DNA of 32,000 nucleotides from Propionibacterium freudenreichii subsp. freudenreichii (GTDB lineage Bacteria; Actinomycetota; Actinomycetes; Propionibacteriales; Propionibacteriaceae): NCBI RefSeq assembly GCF_000940845.1, contig NZ_CP010341.1, positions 300,001 to 332,000 of the forward strand, read 5' to 3'. Shown piece by piece: positions 27,514 to 32,000 of this stretch (position 1 is its first letter; each line of letters starts with the position of its first letter). The notes under the pieces were generated by a model. It saw only the letters and a program-made list of their open reading frames with translations, ran no database searches and was not told where the DNA came from. The position numbers and the translations under genes were made by a program.

Positions 27514-27607
27514 GTCCCCGAAGATGGGGAGGACCTTTGCAGGTTAGACGACGTAAAAGTCCTCCCCATGACGCGTGGTCTGGGCCTTGCGCCAGGTGAC
27601 CCGGCAT
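27514..27607 (+). repeat. Structured intergenic repeat, copy B, right part
   Basis: Aligns with 31854-31945. Contains hairpin H3: ATGGGGAGGAC, a 24-nt loop, then GTCCTCCCCAT (27524-27569). Confidence 0.85.
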
Positions 27608-27647
27608 CTCTTGTATTGGCGAGCCGCGTGATCAGCCGGCTCGCCTC

Positions 27648-28502
27648 TCACGCGAGGTCGGTCCAGAAACCGGTCGTTCCGGTGAGGAACGCCTTGCCGT
27701 CGATCACGCTTCCCTCGCGCGGGGTGGGCGTGATGCCCAGGGGCAGCGCGACGGTGACGGGGAATCCGCAATCGGCGTCGATGCGGTACCACTGCTGGCC
27801 GGTCAGGGCATTGGTCACGGTCTCGACGCGTTCGCACACTGCCTTGAAGATGCTGATGGGGCTGGCGTTGTCCGCCGTCTCATCGCCCGAGTAGAGCGCG
27901 AAGAGCCAGGGGCTGGTGACGAATGTCGGCCCCAGGAACATCTCGTCGGGGAGGCCCGCGACCGGATCATGCACCGGCGCCCCTGCCGTAATGATGGGCG
28001 TCTGGGATTCCCGCCAGGCGTCGACCGTGTCGAACACCGCAACGTCCACGGCAATCGCGCCCATGCGGTAGCCGTCGAAGCGCGCAGGCTCGCCGACGTC
28101 CTTCAACGGGTACCACGGGTACATGTGGGGGTCGTCCACGAAAGCCAGCACCCGGGTGATCAATTCGCCCTGCTCGTCCAGAACGTTGACCTCTGCTGTG
28201 CCGGGCCACACCTGCCACACCTCGGCGGGGACTCGCTCGTGGCCGCTGACGGTGAAGGTCTCTGTGGAGAATCCCTCCGACGTTTCGAACATGCAGACGC
28301 TTGCGCCGGACGGGTCGGCATAGACCAAGAGGTGATCGAACCGCTCATTGCGCGCGAGCGATTTCAGCTTGTCATCATCCAGGAGGTCATAGGTCTCTTC
28401 CCACGAAGCCGGGAATCCCATGGATTTCAGGAAGTCATCGTCCATGGGTCCATCGTGGCAGCTGGCACTGACAGTTTCTGGGTCGGTGTCGACGTTATGC
28501 AA
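27648..28502 (-). CDS. Hypothetical acidic protein (284 aa from TTG 28502, or 265 aa from ATG 28445); second gene of the orphan cassette
   Basis: Clear coding periodicity. Asp/Glu-rich, with no TM segment, signal peptide or catalytic motif that I can recognise. It lies 50 nt downstream of the 511-aa gene on the same strand. Confidence 0.6.
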   Translation of the reverse strand: MHNVDTDPETVSASCHDGPMDDDFLKSMGFPASWEETYDLLDDDKLKSLARNERFDHLLVYADPSGASVCMFETSEGFSTETFTVSGHERVPAEVWQVWPGTAEVNVLDEQGELITRVLAFVDDPHMYPWYPLKDVGEPARFDGYRMGAIAVDVAVFDTVDAWRESQTPIITAGAPVHDPVAGLPDEMFLGPTFVTSPWLFALYSGDETADNASPISIFKAVCERVETVTNALTGQQWYRIDADCGFPVTVALPLGITPTPREGSVIDGKAFLTGTTGFWTDLA

Positions 28503-28552
28503 TTCGATCTGGACTCCCGGGCGCAGGCGCGTGGATGTGGCTGTCCGCCGGC

Positions 28553-30088
28553 CTAGGTCTTGGTGTTGGGTATCAGATAATGGGGTCCCACAAAGCCGAT
28601 GTGGACCTTGCCGGTCGTCCCGGCGGTGTCGTCGTAGAAGTAGATGCGTGGAGCGAGATTGCCCCCACCCTCGGCGATCTTCAGGTGTGGTTCCATGTAG
28701 AGCCTTCCCGAACGGTCCACGGCGGGATCAATGTCGAAGGTGCGGCAAGTGCGGAACTTCTTGTTGTTGACCACCGTCTCGCCTTCGCGCATCGACAGTT
28801 TCTTGGGTGACGCCGGCCAGCCACCGGGGCGTCCTTTAAGGCACCAGGCCCAGAAGTCCCCGGCGAAGCCGTCCCGTCGGTCCCGGACGAATGCCGCGAG
28901 TGCTCGCAGACCGCGCCAGGCGGTGTTGCCCCACGCCGCGCTATTCATGTGCGAGTCCAGTTTCTTCAGGTCGCGCTTGCAGCTCTCGGGCACGGTCAGG
29001 TCATCCGCAAGATACATCTGCGCGGCGAGGACGGCCTCGCTGATCGCATCCACCATGTCCGGCGCCTCGTCCGTGGATTCGGCGTGTTGCGCTCCCCAGT
29101 AGAGCCCTGCATGGCCGTGTTCGGCCAGGACCTTCTGCAGGCGTTCGAGGTGTGCTTGGGCCAGCGAAAGCTCTCTCGTCGCCTCCTCGTAGTCTTCGGT
29201 CAAGGACAGGTTCTCGTCCTCATAGGAATCGATCTGCTGCTGAAGCTCGGCGTTGGCGGCGCCAAGGTCACTTCCGGAGGCGCTGTCCCATTCGGGACCG
29301 GTCAGTGCAGGCAGCACGCGACGCCTCGTTGACTGCTGCGTGACAAACGAGACCAGACCATCCACCGTCGCACCCGCTGGGCGGGCTACAACGTACTTCC
29401 AGGGCAGGAACCGGTGCATATGGCTGCCCTCGACGACTCGCGCGGGAACATATGTGCGGATTGCGCCTCCCCAGGCGGCCATGTCCCCCAACTGCCTGCG
29501 AAACTCGGTAACTGCCGCGTTCCCCAGGGTGAATACCTGGGCGGTTCCCATTGAGCGGGTCGCCACCCGCGCCGCGAGGCGTTTCCAGTCAAGCCCGGAA
29601 TCATCGTTGGGGGGCGGTTCCGTGAAGACGATCGCCGGGAGCCTTCGGTCCGTCTTTTTCAAGAAGTCGACCAGTACGGAGACTTGCGCGGCGTCCAACT
29701 CGGAGACCTCATCGAGGAGGGCCGAGCCGCCGAGCCGCCCGCCGCCCGTCGCCGTCAGCAGATCTGCGATCACCCGGGGACGGCCGACCGAAATCCGCAC
29801 GGTGACGTCATCACCTTCGAAGGAGTTCTCCACAAGAGCACTGAGCGTTCCGTCGACAACGCGGAACCGGCCGGTTGTCTTCCACAGCTGGCCGTCGCTG
29901 CCACTGTCCGTGCAGGTCGCTTCAAGGGCGTTATCGAGATCGGTGAGTTCGTCGCGGACCTCATAGTTTCGCGACTTCCCTTCTCCCGTTTCCTTGGCCC
30001 ACCTGTCGAAGGCGTTTCGGCAGGCCTGGATTGTGGCCGCTGAGTCATCGGCCTTGGACTCCCACATGGCTCTGTAGAGCAGGCTCAT
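28553..30088 (-). CDS. Hypothetical protein (511 aa); first gene of the orphan cassette
   Basis: The ATG is preceded by AAGGAGA. Three-part layout: an N-terminal region of about 270 aa, a central acidic coiled-coil-like stretch (AELQQQIDSYEDENLSLTEDYEEATRELSLAQAHLERLQKVLAEH), and a Trp/Arg-rich C-terminal region ending HLKI-x9-RIYFY-x8-KVHIGFVGPHYLIPNTKT. No Walker A, DDE or HNH motif seen. Confidence 0.65.
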   Translation of the reverse strand: MSLLYRAMWESKADDSAATIQACRNAFDRWAKETGEGKSRNYEVRDELTDLDNALEATCTDSGSDGQLWKTTGRFRVVDGTLSALVENSFEGDDVTVRISVGRPRVIADLLTATGGGRLGGSALLDEVSELDAAQVSVLVDFLKKTDRRLPAIVFTEPPPNDDSGLDWKRLAARVATRSMGTAQVFTLGNAAVTEFRRQLGDMAAWGGAIRTYVPARVVEGSHMHRFLPWKYVVARPAGATVDGLVSFVTQQSTRRRVLPALTGPEWDSASGSDLGAANAELQQQIDSYEDENLSLTEDYEEATRELSLAQAHLERLQKVLAEHGHAGLYWGAQHAESTDEAPDMVDAISEAVLAAQMYLADDLTVPESCKRDLKKLDSHMNSAAWGNTAWRGLRALAAFVRDRRDGFAGDFWAWCLKGRPGGWPASPKKLSMREGETVVNNKKFRTCRTFDIDPAVDRSGRLYMEPHLKIAEGGGNLAPRIYFYDDTAGTTGKVHIGFVGPHYLIPNTKT

Positions 30089-30121
30089 CTCGGTCTCCTT
30101 GTCAGTGAGGACAGGTTATCC

Positions 30122-31557
30122 GGCTCTTCGCGATCCGGGGTGTAGCGGGGGGTTGAGTCTGGCTGGCGTGTCGGGGTGGGTGTGAGGGTCGGGGTCTTCC
30201 GATGATGGGAGTTCCTACGCTGCCCATCTGAAAGACCCCGACGTGTCCCACGCTACCTTTGCTGCCCCCGATCTGACCACGTTCGCCCGCCTGGATGACC
30301 TCGGCCTCGTGGTGGTGGGCCAGAGAGTCCTCCCGGATCGCTGCGAGGTGGCCTGCCGGGTGGTGGACGATGACCGGTGGTGTCGCGAGTGTGGGTGCGA
30401 AGGGATCCCCCGCGACACCGTGGTCCGTCGCCTCGCCCACGAGCCCTCGGGCTGGAGACCGGTGACACTGGTGGTGCGAGTGCGTCGCTACCGCTGTTCG
30501 GGGTGTGGGCGTGTGTGGAGGCAGGACACCACTGGGGCGGCCCAGCCGCGCTCGAAACTGTCCCGGGGCGGACTGCGTTGGGCCCGTGGCGGGCATCGTC
30601 GTCCAACACCTCACCGTCGCCCGGGTCGCTGAGGGTCTGGGCGTGTCCTGGGACTGCGCCAACACCTCCGTCCTGGAGGAGGGACGCAGGGTCCTCATCA
30701 ACGATGAGCATCGCTTCGAGGGTGTGACCACGATCGGGGTGGACGAGCACGTGTGGCGGCACACGCGCAGGGGCGACAAGTTCGTCACCGTGATCATCGA
30801 CCTCACCCCGCTGCGCGAGGGAAGGGGTCCTGCCAGGTTGTTGGACATGGTGGAGGGCCGCTCCAAGAAGGCCTTCAAGGAGTGGCTCAGCCAGCAAGAC
30901 CCTGCGTGGCGCGACCGGATTGAGGTGGTCGCCATGGACGGCTTCACCGGGTTCAAGACCGCAGCGAAGGAAGAACTCCCCGACGCGGTGGAGGTCATGG
31001 ATCCCTTCCACGTCGTCCAGCTCGCCGGCGATGCCCTGGACCACTGCCGCCAGCGCGTCCAGCAAGACACCACCGGACATCGAGGCCGGTCCGGGGATCC
31101 CCTGTACGGGGTGCGCAAGACCCTGCACACCGGGATGGATCTCCTCACAGACAAGCAACGCACCCGCCTGGAGGGCGTCTTCGCCCAGGACGCTCACGTC
31201 GGGGTGGAAGCCACCTGGGGCATCTACCAGAAGATCGTGGCCGCCTACCGCGATCCCGACCCCAAGGCCGGGCGAGCCCAGCTGGCCCACGTCATCGAGG
31301 TCATCAGCCGCGGCGTTCCCGCCGCCCTCGCTGAGATCATCACCCTGGGGCGCACCCTCAAGCGGCGCGCCACAGACGTCCTGGCCTACTTCGAGCGCCC
31401 CCACACCTCCAACGGCCCGACAGAAGCCCTCAATGGCCGACTGGAACACCTGCGCGGCTCAGCCTTGGGCTTCCGAAACCTGACGAACTACATTGCCCGC
31501 AGTCTCCTCGAGGCCGGAGGATTCAGACCCCAACTACACCCTCAATCGTGAAGAGCC
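30122..31557 (+). mobile_element. ISL3-family insertion sequence (1436 bp)
   Basis: The terminal IRs begin with the ISL3-typical GGCTCTTC: left GGCTCTTCGCGATCCGGGGTGTAGCGGGG, right (reverse complement) GGCTCTTCACGATTGAGGGTGTAGTTGGGG. It is flanked by a perfect 8-bp direct repeat GGTTATCC (30114-30121 and 31558-31565). Confidence 0.9.
30243..31551 (+). pseudogene. ISL3-family transposase, frameshifted
   Basis: The N-terminal zinc-finger part (CRECGCEG...RYRCSGCGRVWRQD...KLSRGGLRWA) is in ORF 30243-30632. The remainder (VAGIVVQHLTVARVAEGLGVSWDCAN...GVDEHVWRHT...DGFTGFKTA...MDPFHVV...SNGPTEALNGRLEHLR) is in ORF 30505-31551. The frames switch at the GGGCCC run, about 30580-30586. Confidence 0.85.
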
Positions 31558-31685
31558 GGTTATCCAAGCGCTCTGACAAATGAGTGGCGCCTGGGCGAGA
31601 AACGGTCCCTTGCGACGGTTCCCGCTGTCGGGCAGATCCTTGCGCCCGGGAGCTGGTTCATCCAGCGTCCACCAAACGCCATGGT

Positions 31686-31945
31686 GGGGCCTCGAGGTGC
31701 GGGATCAGAGGGTAGGTGTGGATAAAGCACCGTCTTCGGTGCTTTATCCACACCTATCTTTCGTTTTCACTGGGATGGGGCCGGGTCGGGCCCTGGGTGG
31801 GCAGTTGTGCGGCGTCATCGCCGCACAAGCGTCCACTTCATGCCCGGATCGGGCCGTCCCCCAAGATGGGGAGGACCTTTGCAGGTTAGACGACGTAAAA
31901 GTCCTCCCCATGACGCGCGGCCTGGGCCTTGCACCAGGGAGCACC
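31686..31945 (+). repeat. Structured intergenic repeat, copy C (uninterrupted)
   Basis: Contains H1 (31710-31759, loop TCTT, followed by TTCGTTTTC), H2 (31799-31838) and H3 (31866-31911). It is colinear with copy B once the IS30 is removed. Confidence 0.85.
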
Positions 31946-32000
31946 CGGACATTGCCGTCCGGCGATGCCTTGAAGGCTGCTTCCGACCGGTGGTGCAGCA

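Noticed and set aside
30505-30632. Programmed ribosomal frameshifting in the ISL3 transposase
   Set aside because: ISL3-family transposases are normally single ORFs. The frame switch is at a GGGCCC run rather than an A/T-rich slippery heptamer with a downstream structure. A simple 1-nt indel (pseudogene) is more parsimonious.

Overview
High-GC actinobacterial chromosome segment. The polyphosphate glucokinase, the PPA1498-type metallophosphoesterase and the IS content suggest Propionibacteriaceae, but this is inference only. Positions 1-18.7 kb are ordinary, tightly packed genes. They comprise a partial siderophore-type ABC binding protein, ppgK, a DASS anion permease, galE, a TetR regulator divergent from a GH3 beta-glucosidase, a coupled MFS / metallophosphoesterase / MgtC operon, a GlpT-like transporter, a NUDIX hydrolase, a coupled NCS1 permease / PfkB kinase pair, and an inositol-monophosphatase-family gene. 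From 18.7 kb onward the region is heavily remodelled. A second OPA-family sugar-phosphate transporter is split by an IS30-family element with a 3-bp TSD. An apparently identical IS30 copy in inverted orientation sits 5.3 kb away, inside a structured intergenic repeat. Between the two copies lie a thiolase-like gene, a short ANL ligase, csbD, a frameshifted CPBP protease and dps. Beyond the second IS lies the most interesting part. It is an orphan two-gene cassette (511 aa + 284 aa) with no motif I can assign. On one side it is bounded by the IS30-disrupted repeat. On the other side it is bounded by an ISL3-family element (8-bp TSD, frameshifted transposase) inserted 34 bp upstream of the cassette start, followed by a second direct copy of the same ~260-bp multi-hairpin repeat. 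I saw no rRNA, tRNA or CRISPR array. The many long ORFs antisense to real genes are high-GC artefacts.
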